DNA of 64,000 nt from positions 186,001 through 250,000 of the forward strand of contig JAQGDQ010000189.1 in assembly GCA_030141605.1 (NCBI GenBank), in the 5' to 3' direction. Under the pieces are notes generated by a model that saw only the letters and a program-made list of their open reading frames with translations, was not told the DNA's origin and made no database searches. Position 1 is the stretch's first letter. Each line of letters starts with the position of its first letter. Below, piece by piece: positions 39,072-49,236 of the stretch. The position numbers and the translations under genes are program-made. Origin of the DNA: Tubiluchus corallicola (lineage: Eukaryota > Animalia > Priapulida).

Positions 39072-42000
39072 TTCTTTATTTGTCGTTAAAATGGCTCACT
39101 CATTATAATAAAATTGAGTAATCCTCAGCGTAATGTTAAAATAACAACACTGTTCAAGACAAATGTGTCCAGTGCAGACTAAAAAAACTAAAGTGCAAAA
39201 TTAAGGGCTAATTATATACAATAAATGAACATATTTACAAACACAATATTAAAATATTTATTACAAAAATTATTTTTATTATCCAAACAATATTACAAAA
39301 ATACATTAAATTTTACATGACATATTTTACACTATATATACATTTAACATGACACAATTAACAGAAACATGCTTTACATTACATAAATTCTAGTATAAAC
39401 TCTAAATAATATTAAAGACTAGTGGTTAAATAGTTTGAGGAACAGTCGATTGAAAATGAGTAGTGAACTTTTTTATAGAACTCACAGAAGAGAAGAAAGA
39501 GGACATCAACAAGGAGCTAGGAGAATTGCGAGACGTTTTACCCGACATCCGAGGAAAGATTGACGACGCGAAGGAGAGCAAAGCGAATGTTCATTTGGTA
39601 CAAGAATCTGGTGATCAGGTATCTTTGCTTGTTTTCATTGAGGTGTTCTCTTGATCGGCTACATACATTAGTTGACTTTTGTATTGTTTTTCATCTTTGT
39701 CTTCTTCTTTCTCTTAACCTGTTTTCATATCTTTGCAAAGATAACTTTTGTTGTAAAATTAACGTTGTATTTATTTAATGAATTGGTGATGGGTTTTGGT
39801 TTGAAGTCATCTAGTCTGTCATTCATTTCCCGTACATACTTGATCTGAATTGTCGAACATCTAACGAACAAAACTTTGTCAATCATATTAAAGAATGATG
39901 CAGTAAAGAAAACAACACCCAAAAAACACACAAACAAACACCCAAAAAACACACAAACACCACCCAAAAAACACACAAACAAACACCCAAAAAACACACA
40001 AACACCACCCAAAAAACACACAAACACCACCCAAAAAACACACAAACATATAGGGCAGTGTGCCTCAAGAAAGTACAGCTATTGCATGTAATTTGTGCAG
40101 TTCTTGGGCAGTGTGCCTCAAGAAAGTACAGCTATTGCATGTAATTTGTGCAGTTCTTGGGCAGTGTGCCTCAAGAAAGTACAGCTATTGCATGTAATTT
40201 GTGCAGTTATAGGGCAGTGTGCCTCAAGAAAGTACAGCTATTGCATGTAATTTGTGCAGTTCTTGGGCAGTGTGCCTCAAGAAAGTACAGCTATTGCATG
40301 TAATTTGTGCAGTTCTTGGGCAGTGTGCCTCAAGAAAGTACAGCTATTGCATGTAATTTGTACAGTTATTGGGCAGTGTGTCTCAAGAAAGTACAGCTAT
40401 TGCACGTAATTTGTACAGTTATTGGGCAGTGTGTCTCAAGAAAGTGCAGCTATTGCATGTAATTTGTACAGTTATTGGGCAGTGTGTCTCAAGAAAGTAC
40501 AGCTATTGCATGTAATTTGTACAGTTATTGGGCAGTGTGTCTCAAGAAAGTACAGCTATTGCACGTAATTTGTACAGTTATTGGGCAGTGTGTCTCAAGA
40601 AAGTGCAGCTATTGCATGTAATTTGTGCAGTTATTGGGCAGTGTGCCTCAAGAAAGTACAGCTATTGCATGTAATTTGTGCAGTTATTGGGCAGTGTGCC
40701 TCAAGAAAGTACAGCTATTGCATGTAATTTGTGCAGTTATTGGGCAGTGTGCCTCAAGAAAGTACAGCTATTGCATGTAATTTGTACAGTTATTGGGCAG
40801 TGTGTCTCAAGAAAGTACAGCTATTGCATGTAATTTGTGCAGTTCTTGGGCAGTGTGCCTCAAGAAAGTACAGCTATTGCATGTAATTTGTACAGTTATT
40901 GGGCAGTGTGTCTCAAGAAAGTACAGCTATTGCATGTAATTTGTGCAGTTATTGGGCAGTGTGCCTCAAGAAAGTACAGCTATTGCATGTAATTTGTGCA
41001 GTTATTGGGCAGTGTGCCTCAAGAAAGTACAGCTATTGCATGTAATTTGTACAGTTATTGGGCAGTGTGCCTCAAGAAAGTACAGCTATTGCATGTAATT
41101 TGTACAGTTATTGGGCAGTGTGTCTCAAGAAAGTACAGCTATTGCATGTAATTTGTACAGTTATTGGGCAGTGTGCCTCAAGAAAGTACAGCTATTGCAT
41201 GTAATTTGTACAGTTATTGGGCAGTGTGTCTCAAGAAAGTACAGCTATTGCATGTAATTTGTACAGTTATTGGGCAGTGTGTCTCAAGAAAGTACAGCTA
41301 TTGCATGTAATTTGTGCAGTTCTTGGGCAGTGTGCCTCAAGAAAGTACAGCTATTGCATGTAATTTGTACAGTTATTGGGCAGTGTGTCTCAAGAAAGTA
41401 CAGCTATTGCATGTAATTTGTGCAGTTATTGGGCAGTGTGCCTCAAGAAAGTACAGCTATTGCATGTAATTTGTGCAGTTATTGGGCAGTGTGCCTCAAG
41501 AAAGTACAGCTATTGCATGTAATTTGTACAGTTATTGGGCAGTGTGCCTCAAGAAAGTACAGCTATTGCATGTAATTTGTGCAGTTATTGGGCAGTGTGC
41601 CTCAAGAAAGTACAGCTATTGCATGTAATTTGTACAGTTATTGGGCAGTGTGCCTCAAGAAAGTACAGCTATTGCATGTAATTTGTACAGTTATTGGGCA
41701 GTGTGCCTCAGAAAGTACAGCTATTGCATGTAATTTGTGCAGTTATTGGGCAGTGTGTCTCAGAAAGTACAGCTATTGCATGTAATTTGTACAGTTATTG
41801 GGCAGTGTGCCTCAAGAAAGTACAGCTATTGCATGTAATTTGTACAGTTATTGGGCAGTGTGTCTCAAGAAAGTACAGCTATTGCATGTAATTTGCTATT
41901 GGGCAGTGTGCAGAAAGTACAGCTATTGCATGTAATTTGTACAGTTATTGGGCAGTGTGCCTCAAGAAAGTACAGCTATTGCATGTAATTTGTGCAGTTA

Positions 42001-45000
42001 TTGGGCAGTGTGCCTCAAGAAAGTACAGCTATTGCATGTAATTTGTACAGTTATTGGGCAGTGTGTCTCAAGAAAGTACAGCTATTGCATGTAATTTGTA
42101 CAGTTATTGGGCAGTGTGTCTCAAGAAAGTGCAGCTATTGCATGTAATTTGTACAGTTATTGGGCAGTGTGTCTCAAGAAAGTGCAGCTATTGCATGTAA
42201 TTTGTACAGTTATTGGGCAGTGTGTCTCAAGAAAGTACAGCTATTGCATGTAATTTGTGCAGTTATTGAGCAGTGTGTCTGAGGAAAGTACACTTATTAT
42301 GCAGTGTATGCAGGGCAGTCTTGACCAGTGTAAACAGCGGCTTCGAGAATGCACTCAGACCCTTAGTGTGCTTTCAACAACCCTTTTTAGCGTAAATTGT
42401 GTCAAGCATTTTTTACTTCCTTAAGAGTCGACTATTAGCCATTAATCAACCCGCTATCTTTCTTCCTTAGAGTCGACTATTAGCTATGAATCAATCCGCT
42501 ATCTTTCTTCCTTAGAGTCGACTATTAGCTATTAATCAACCCGCTATCTTTCTTCCTTAAGAGTCGACTATTAGCTATTAATCAACCCGCTATCTTTCTT
42601 CCTTAGAGTCGACTATTAGCTATTAATCAACCCGCTATCTTTCTTCCTTAAGAGTCGACTATTAGCCATTAATCAACCCGCTATCTTTCTTCCTTAGAGT
42701 CGACTATTAGCTATCAATCAACCCGCTATCTTTCTCTGCTTTTTTGCAGGCTGCTGCTTCATCTGCCTTCCAAAAGACGTCAAATGAGCCAGAAAAAACC
42801 GTCACAAGTATAACACATCTGGTAAGAAAAAAGGTGAGCATTTTTCTTTCCAGCTTTTAAGATCTCGGTTTTTAGTTCACTGTTCGTTGCCGTTTATTAC
42901 CGATAAGAGGGGAATAGCCGACCGATCGTGGTATATTGACTGAACTTGGGTAATGCCAGATTTGGTTAGTGGAGAGGGAGCCACTAGGAAAATTCCTCAA
43001 CTTGCTGCTCTGAATTCATTAAGTTGAGAGAGGAAGTGGCTGGTTCTAAAAGGATCATGCGGTATAATTTTTTACATTTTGGTCCTGCCATATAGTGATG
43101 GACGATTAATCGAGATTAGAACCATACATAAATCGACATAATCGGCTGTTGAACAGTAATTCAGTTAAATAAGATTAATCGACAACAGAATATATGTGTT
43201 ACACGCTGACTGAAAAACAGTGTTATGCACAAATAAACGGAATTCTTGCATTTTTTCTTCATTTTTCTCACCTTACATAATGTGCACAATTGCAAACCTA
43301 TTCGCTTTCACGTGACGCGTGCAGTTGACATAGTAATAGAGTAGCTAATGAATGTACTTGTTTATAAAAAATAGTTTGCAAGAATGAAAATAGTAGACAA
43401 CGACGAAAACCATGAAGAAGTTTATAAGCTGTATTTCGGTGCTGCAACGTATGGAAAATGAAACACTAGGAAATTACCGCAAAAGATTAATCGCGATGTC
43501 GAATTAGAAGAACAAGATTGTAATCGAATTATAAAATTACAAAATTGTCCATCACTGCAGTTTTCTTTGTAAGTTGTCTCAGTGACACTCAGTTTTGGAA
43601 CTGAGTAGTAAACAGTACAGCTAGTCATCGACTTGTGACCGCAATACCTTCCGGCAAATTGGTCGCAAGAGAAATTGGATGCAAGTCAGGCACGTATATG
43701 AAACATGTTCACGCCCCCACCCCCGCGTGTAAGACGTTGTGTATGGCCCAGTATGGCGGCGCTCACAATGAATTTATCAAAAGATTTAACAATTTAAATT
43801 AATTTGTTTGAAAAATAGAAGGAAATATGAATTATAATTAGCTTTGCGCATACACTCATATTTCGGTTTGCTGGACAAAGGCGGGGAGATGTTGGTCCGA
43901 ATTTGCCAGTTGTCCGTATTTTCCGTTACTAAGGCGATGTAGTAGGTGCCGTGTGTTAAACTCACGGTAATGTAGAATCAATCACCTCATTGTCTCTTTG
44001 ACGTCTAGTACGTGCCGCTCCTATGCAAAAGTGTATAAAAACTGTCAGAAATTGATTCGAATAACTCTGCATAATTGACCCTAAAGCACTTAAACACGTT
44101 GATTGAACCGCTAGACACGCTGACATAAAAGCTACACGCATGTCGTTACATGCTGTTTGGATGTAAACAAAGTGCCGACCCGCCAAATAAAGGTCAGCTT
44201 GTGAAGTAACGGACAGTGCCTGAATTTTTTTCGAATTTCCGATATCTGTAAAAGCGAGGTCCGGCAAACCGAGATGTACGTGTAATTAAGTTAAGTTATG
44301 GTCGGGTCGTAAAGTGGAACAGATGTAACTCATGTATGTCTTAACTACCTGAATTAGCTACTTCGTGTTCGTGCTACTTAGAAGCCCTGAAATATGATTT
44401 TCTCCTGCAACTGTAAAATTAGTGGACATGTTTTTTTCATCAAAGTCCAGAATTCTATTCAACCATTGTTTTTTCATAGAGAAAGCCTGAAGATGAAGAA
44501 CCGATCGGTGGCGACACCTGCAAAAAGGCAAAACAAGAGGATAGCAATGGTGAACCATCAATAGTTAACGGAACAAATGGTTGTGTGGATGAACCTATGA
44601 ATGAAGCGGAGCAGGTATTCATTTGTGACGTTTGAATTTTGAATGAAACGGAGCAGGTATTCATTTGTGACGTTTGAATTTTGAGTGAAGCGGAGCAGGT
44701 ATTCATTTGTGACGTTTGAATTTTGAATGAAGCGGAGCAGGTATTCATTTGCGATGTTTGTATTTTGAATGAAACGGAGCAGGTATTCTTTTGTGACGTT
44801 TGAATTTTGAATGAAGCGGAGCAGGTATTCATTTGTGACGTTTGATTTTTGAATGAAACAGAGCGGGTATTCATTTGTGATGTTTGAATTTTGAATGAAG
44901 CGGAGCAGGTATTCATTTGCGACGTTTGTATTTTGAATGAAACGGAGCAGGTATTCTTTTGTGACGTTTGAATTTTGAATGAAACGGAGCAGGTATTCAT

Positions 45001-47516
45001 TTGTGACGTTTGAATTTTGAATGAAACGTAGCAGGTATTCATTTGCGACGTTTGAACTTTGAATGAAGCGGGGCAGGTATTCCTTTGTGACGTTTGAATT
45101 TTGAATGAAATGAAGCAGGTATTCATTTGTCACATTTGAATTTTGAACTTTGTAGAAAACAAGTTTGAAGTTTGATTGAGAAACCTGTGAAAGTCTGATG
45201 TTTGCTAGCACGTCTCACCACTTTTTTTGATGATACCGGCCTTGTGAGCTGTGATACCGCATCTTCCAGTTTAATTCTTCATTTAATGCACAAAATTTAA
45301 TTTTTAGCCATTTGATTTTTAGATGTTTGTTTTTTAAACTTGTGTTTAACAACGGTGAAACAGATGTTTTTATTACAGGCACTTAAAAACACTTATAGTT
45401 AAAACATTACCACTTTATTAAAACGTTTTTATTTACATAGTGAAAATCATGTCAAACGTTTTGACAGAGCTACTGCTGTCATCATCAGTGGTAAATTTTT
45501 ACAAACAAAAATCAGTTCGTGTAGGCAGAGCCTAAAGTATAAAACACTAATTATGTATTTAACAGAAGCCAAATAGGTAATGAATAAGCAGACCAGTAGA
45601 AAAGAAATTCATACAGTAGATTATGCACTAATTATGTATTTGCAAAAAGCCAAATAGGTAATGAATAAGCAGATCAGTAGAAAAGAAATTGATACTGTAA
45701 ATTATGCACTAATTATGTATTTACACAGCCAAATAGGTAATGAATAAGCAGACCAGTAGAAAAGAAATTGATACAGTAAATTATGCACTAATTATGTATT
45801 TACAAAAGCCAAATAGGTAATGAACAAGCAGACCAGTAGAAAAGAAATTGATACAGTAAATTATGCACTAATTATGTATTTAACAGAAGCCAAATAAGTA
45901 ATTTATACATGATTAGTGCATAATGTTCTATACTGTAGGCTTTGCCTATATAAACTTTTTGTGTTTGCAAAAATTTACCACTTATGATGACTGTTGTGTT
46001 TTGTTTCTCTCGGAAGGCTCGTAGAGAAAACCAGAAAACACGTCGTCAAATTAAACTAGTTTATTATGCGAGAATTCTACAACACAAAAGTATGAATGAA
46101 AGCGAAATGTTTACAGTAAATGTGATAATCTGGAAATGTTAGAGTGTCTGAGAATCCGAGTATACAGGAGAATGAGAGAATGTGCTTCAGCGGCAAGCTC
46201 CGCCTTATATATCAGTGCCAAGGAATATTCTAGAAAGAAACTTCTAGAAAATTCTACAAGGTAAGACGTAATTCTACTACGCTATGGAACATTCTTCAAT
46301 GTTCTATTTAATTCTAATAGATGCCATCGATCTCCACAATAATGACAGCAGTAATCCTATCGAAACGTTTGACATTTTTTAAATTAAAAATTTTAATAAA
46401 GTTGTGACGTTTTAACCTATAAAATAGTTTTAATTGCAAAAATTGAAGAGTAAGAAACAACTTGAAACAGAATTTGATACAGTAAATGATGCATCACTGA
46501 TATTAGATTTTTTAGATTTAATAGTTTTGTTTCAAACTTTACAAAGTTCATATACACATCACTAATTAATACAAATAATACAATAAATTATGACACACAA
46601 CAATGACACAAATAACAATTAACGATATAACAAACTACGCCAATGACGTCTAATTACAGAAGTAAAGTTTGCATCACTGTTTAAAATGTTCTTGCTTATA
46701 AAATTTTCACTCTTATTCAGCCTGACGTATAAACTGTATGCACATTTTCTGTGAATCACATCAAAATAAATAATATTAAGTCTAGTAGAAATATATCTGG
46801 TGCTCGAATCATATGAAAAGTTAAACAGCTTCCGTGTTGATACATTATATGCAACCTTGAGTTTGCTAAGATTGTAAGAATAAAAATGTTTCCAAGTGGA
46901 CATACAATAAAAAGTAGTGCAGTAAGCATTAAACAATTGTCTCTTCAACTGAGGCTATCTTGTATTAAATCTGTGGTTTCCTAAATTTTTGTAAGTGGTG
47001 TTGATAAGGCATTGGAAAAGTAGTGTTTTAATCGTACTGTTCAGCTGAGTCATTGCTATTATTAGAGAGATGATTCAGCTGATATCTGTAGTGATAGTGA
47101 CACAACACTGCATTTTCAGTAGCAGAGTGATAGTGGACTGGTGTTGTAAGAATATCCATTTTATTTGTATATTAAGAGATTTCTGCTTTTGTGCATTAAC
47201 TGTTTTTCCTAGGCCAGTATGCCCATTCACGTGTACCTTTTGTAGATAAACTAAACGTACAAGAAGGTGGCAACTAGCATTCTCACAAACAAAATGTTAA
47301 AATGACTGCTAAAATTTATTCGAATCGCAGAGCTGGTTTGTTGTGCCGGAACTTGCTCATTTCTTTGTTTAGCTTTTTTTTTGGAGTGTGGTCTCGTTGA
47401 ACTGCCTAGAGTTTTATCATAATTGGAGGAATGTTGTTCATGTTTTTGTGTAGGGCGTTACAGCAAAAAAGCTGGAAGACGTCTCAAAACCCATGGAAGA
47501 TACGCCTGCAAGTTAA
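20583..47516 (+). CDS. NASP: Nuclear autoantigenic sperm protein (SHNi-TPR H3-H4/H1 chaperone), ~502 aa, 14 exons
   Basis: Exons 20583-20632, 21032-21145, 23440-23558, 24813-24884, 26339-26440, 27249-27505, 30428-30572, 32140-32230, 37225-37322, 38289-38327, 39479-39618, 42750-42833, 44480-44614, 47454-47516 (1509 nt, all phases consistent). Motifs: [43 protein letters not shown], acidic tract, [56 protein letters not shown]. The first and last exons are less certain. Confidence 0.94.
21782..22304. mobile_element. MITE, inverted copy of 1874-2390
   Basis: TIR CATGGATGAGAAT / ATTCTCATCCGTG with a 6-bp flanking direct repeat AATATG. Confidence 0.85.
23632..23960. repeat. 43-bp minisatellite (GTGACCTGCACGTTACTAGAGTACGGTTCTCACTAGATCTGAT)
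   Basis: About 7.7 near-identical head-to-tail copies with no spacers. Confidence 0.95.
24987..26274. mobile_element. hAT-like element carrying a nested inverted-repeat element (~25018-25652)
   Basis: TIR TAGGGCTGAGAC / GTCTCAGCCTTA with a perfect 8-bp TSD TTATGTAA. The inner element has long imperfect TIRs containing GATGCGTGATCTGT / ACAGATCACGCAT. Confidence 0.8.
28842..29263. mobile_element. pogo/Tigger-like MITE inserted in (TA)n
   Basis: AGTCAACACTCGTTAAACCGGAC ... GTCCGGTTTAACGAGGGTCGACTG-TA. Confidence 0.85.
29430..30105. mobile_element. Dispersed repeat, inverted homolog of 14055-14565
   Basis: Long reverse-complement match, ending in (TA)n. Confidence 0.75.
30748..31060. mobile_element. 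MITE related to the 24987 hAT family
   Basis: AGGTTGAGACGGTTAA ... TTAATCGTCTCAGCTCT. Confidence 0.6.
31490..31935. mobile_element. hAT-like MITE
   Basis: CAGGGTTCCCA ... TGGGAATCCTG with internal repeated GGGAAA motifs; TSD not preserved. Confidence 0.6.
32520..33730. repeat. Degenerate ~16-20-bp tandem repeat (GTACCAAACTTTCTCT) split by a LINE insertion
   Basis: Repeat blocks at 32520-32932 and 33530-33730; they explain the spurious ORFs 32428-32887. Confidence 0.85.
32933..33530 (+). mobile_element. 5'-truncated LINE (CR1/L2 group) 3' end
   Basis: ORF2 C-terminal motif [28 protein letters not shown], then a 3' UTR with AATAAA and a (TAC)n tail. Confidence 0.8.
34462..36831 (+). CDS. Ankyrin-repeat + Mab21/cGAS-like receptor (cGLR) nucleotidyltransferase, intronless, interrupted by an in-frame TGA at 36493-36495 (possible null allele or pseudogene)
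   Basis: About 8 ankyrin repeats ([52 protein letters not shown]). NTase signature [22 protein letters not shown], third acid in ISVDVTPC, and Mab21 helix [16 protein letters not shown] 36544..36831 is in the same frame and supplies the Mab21 C-terminal motif [14 protein letters not shown]. Confidence 0.88.
37505..38130. mobile_element. MITE (18942 family) with internal ~81-bp tandem triplication
   Basis: Right TIR GTCCGGCAAACCGAGATATGAGTCTA; ACACTAGGCGCT...CTCAAAAACGTCTAGTACGCGCTTCTCC occurs three times. Confidence 0.75.
39905..40050. repeat. Low-complexity A/C tandem repeat (AAAAAACACACAAACACCACCC)
   Basis: About 6 units; it explains the spurious ORFs 39725-40091. Confidence 0.9.
40053..42290. 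repeat. 53-bp satellite array, ~42 copies, in NASP intron 11
   Basis: Unit GGGCAGTGTGYCTCAAGAAAGTACAGCTATTGCATGTAATTTGTRCAGTTATT; highly homogeneous, with no spacers. Confidence 0.97.
42415..42735. repeat. 45/46-bp minisatellite, 7 copies
   Basis: CTTCCTTA(A)GAGTCGACTATTAGCTATTAATCAACCCGCTATCTTT; ends ~15 nt before the exon 12 acceptor. Confidence 0.95.
43093..43557. mobile_element. hAT-like MITE
   Basis: TAGTGATGGACGATT ... AATTGTCCATCACTG with internal ATTAATCG repeats. Confidence 0.65.
43851..44285. mobile_element. MITE (18942 family)
   Basis: TACACTCATATTTCGGTTTGCTGGAC ... GTCCGGCAAACCGAGATGTACGTGTA. Confidence 0.8.
44598..45145. repeat. 42-bp minisatellite containing the NASP exon 13 donor site, ~13 copies
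   Basis: Unit TGAATGAAGCGGAGCAG|GTATTCATTTGTGACGTTTGAATTT; the first unit straddles the exon/intron junction. Confidence 0.95.
45400..46430. mobile_element. Foldback-type element with long inverted arms, an internal ~80-bp tandem repeat (45545-45900) and a solo LTR in the right arm
   Basis: 45450-45545 is the reverse complement of 45935-45991 + 46347-46375. Confidence 0.65.
45992..46341 (-). mobile_element. Solo LTR (~350 bp)
   Basis: TGTTGTG ... CACAATA termini with a 5-bp TSD ATGAC. TATA-like and AATAAA signals are in order on the - strand. Confidence 0.7.
46500..46950 (-). mobile_element. LINE (L2/Crack-like) 3' fragment
   Basis: [15 protein letters not shown]...KLKVAYN..RKLF is typical of the post-RT region of L2-group ORF2. 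Confidence 0.7.
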
Positions 47517-48032
47517 ACAGTTTTCTGGCAAAACTACTAGACTTTGGAACATCGAGACTGACCCGGTTACCTCTACAATTGCACCAACGCCAACAACTTC
47601 AGAAGACCTTAGTTTTTTGTATTTGTAAAATAATTGTGCTGACATTCATTTGTTAAAACCTTCTCCTGAAATGCACAATGTTGATCTGACGTAGGATTTG
47701 TAGTAAATTTGATACATTCCAGTTTTCTGTCTTATGTCATGTGGTAGACTATTTATTAGTAATCTTGTATAAATAATGTAATTTCAGTGGTTTTGTTTCT
47801 TGAATTTGTTTTCTACCAATAATGAATTTATTTATTAATCTCGAAAATACAAGTTGAAATGGAAACATGATATTCAAATAAATTTGTAGTAAAATATTTT
47901 GTTGGTATATAACTGTCTTTCGTCTTGTTGAAATCGAAACAAAACTTGTTAATAGTTTCTTACTCTGTGTGTGGAGGAGTTTTGAATGTGTGATGCTTGG
48001 GTCTGTTATCTGAAGTGATCTGGTTATTCTAC

Positions 48033-48385
48033 TAGGGGTGAGCATCGAACGTTCGAGTTCGAACATTCGAATCGAATTCGATTAGAACGAGTTTGTTTAG
48101 TTCGAACTCGATTTGAATCCAAAAAATAAATTCGAATAATTCAGCACTTCAATCACAAATGTTCCTGATCATTGAAACATCATGCAATTAGCATAATTTA
48201 GCTGTGATTTATCCACACAATTTTAAAGAAATTACTAGTTTTATTGCAGAACAAAATCTAGTGATATGCATGTTCGTTGTAAGACTAATTTTTACTGGTG
48301 GTTCGAAAATCGTTCAATCTCAATTCGAAACACTGAAGTTCGGTTCGATTCGAATTCGCTTTCTGGTAGAGAATGCTCACCCCTA
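48033..48385. mobile_element. hAT MITE
   Basis: TIR TAGGGGTGAGCAT / ATGCTCACCCCTA; TSD TATTCTAC / AATTCTAC; internal TTCGAA repeats. Confidence 0.87.
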
Positions 48386-48559
48386 AATTCTACTCTTAAA
48401 ACGCTATTAGTATGTCAGAATTATTAATAAAAAATAAATATACAAGAAATAAAGTCCAAATTTTTAAATGTTAAGTTTTATTATTTTTCTCTATTAATAA
48501 TTTAACTCAATTATACAACTGTCGTTTTCCGAACTCTTAAATAAAATGTGTCGTGGAGA

Positions 48560-48630
48560 GTGCGCAACGGATTTTTGAATGAGATTTTTCTTCCTAGATG
48601 GCGAAACGAAACCGGCGGGAAAGTGCTTAC
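48560..48630 (+). promoter_or_regulatory. Putative E2F/CHR cell-cycle promoter of DTL copy 1
   Basis: CHR-like TTTGAA (48574), TGGCGAAA (48599) and GGCGGGAAA (48614). Confidence 0.55.
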
Positions 48631-49236
48631 AGTAAAATAAGTAAATAGCAGTGAAATAATGTGGGACATTTAGGCATGATTTCGTTTCAATTTTTGTTAC
48701 TACAGCTTAAGTACCTTTGCATTATGCATTTTTAAAACAACGGAGGGTGTAGTAAGTTACATTTTTCAGGAAAAATATTCTGTTAATGTTATTACGTAGT
48801 ATATGACTTGTCAGTAAATTGGATTAGTGTTTGTAGGCTGAGGCAAATCGTGTCACCCCAGTATTTATTATAGTTGCATCTGTCTTCTCAGTGCTTCATG
48901 TCGTATGTGCTGTTTTGTTATTTTTGTTTTATTTATTTTTTGAAATTCGGACAAATAAGGACTAGGAAATATTCTATTCTGTTCAAATGGATCTAACAAA
49001 ATATTGGCTAATTTTACAACAAGTAGTAATAAAGTGTAACATACAAACGACTCTTACAAGACCTATTCTGAATGGTGCCGTCCTGAAGGAGTTGGTCTTT
49101 AATTATTTTGACTGATGCTTTAGTTAATGTCTTCCATTTATAAAATAATGATTTAAAATTTATTTCAGTTTTTTAGCTCATTAAGTGGGATAGTTCCATT
49201 TGCCAGCAACAAACTCTAAAGCAGACTCATAAAAAA

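Noticed and set aside
40053-42290. CRISPR-like appearance of long regular repeat arrays (also 23632-23960 and 12809-13396)
   Set aside because: Units are head-to-tail with no unique spacers, there are no cas genes, and the context is eukaryotic introns.
39619-42749. Second U12 intron (donor GTATCTTTG; TTCCTTAA/G in the upstream-of-acceptor repeats)
   Set aside because: CAG|GTA is an acceptable U2 donor, a normal pyrimidine tract is present, and the nearest TTCCTTAG is >50 nt from the AG.
44455-45211. Two 217-223-aa repetitive ORFs on the - strand
   Set aside because: Artefacts of a 42-bp (multiple of 3) minisatellite antisense to NASP.
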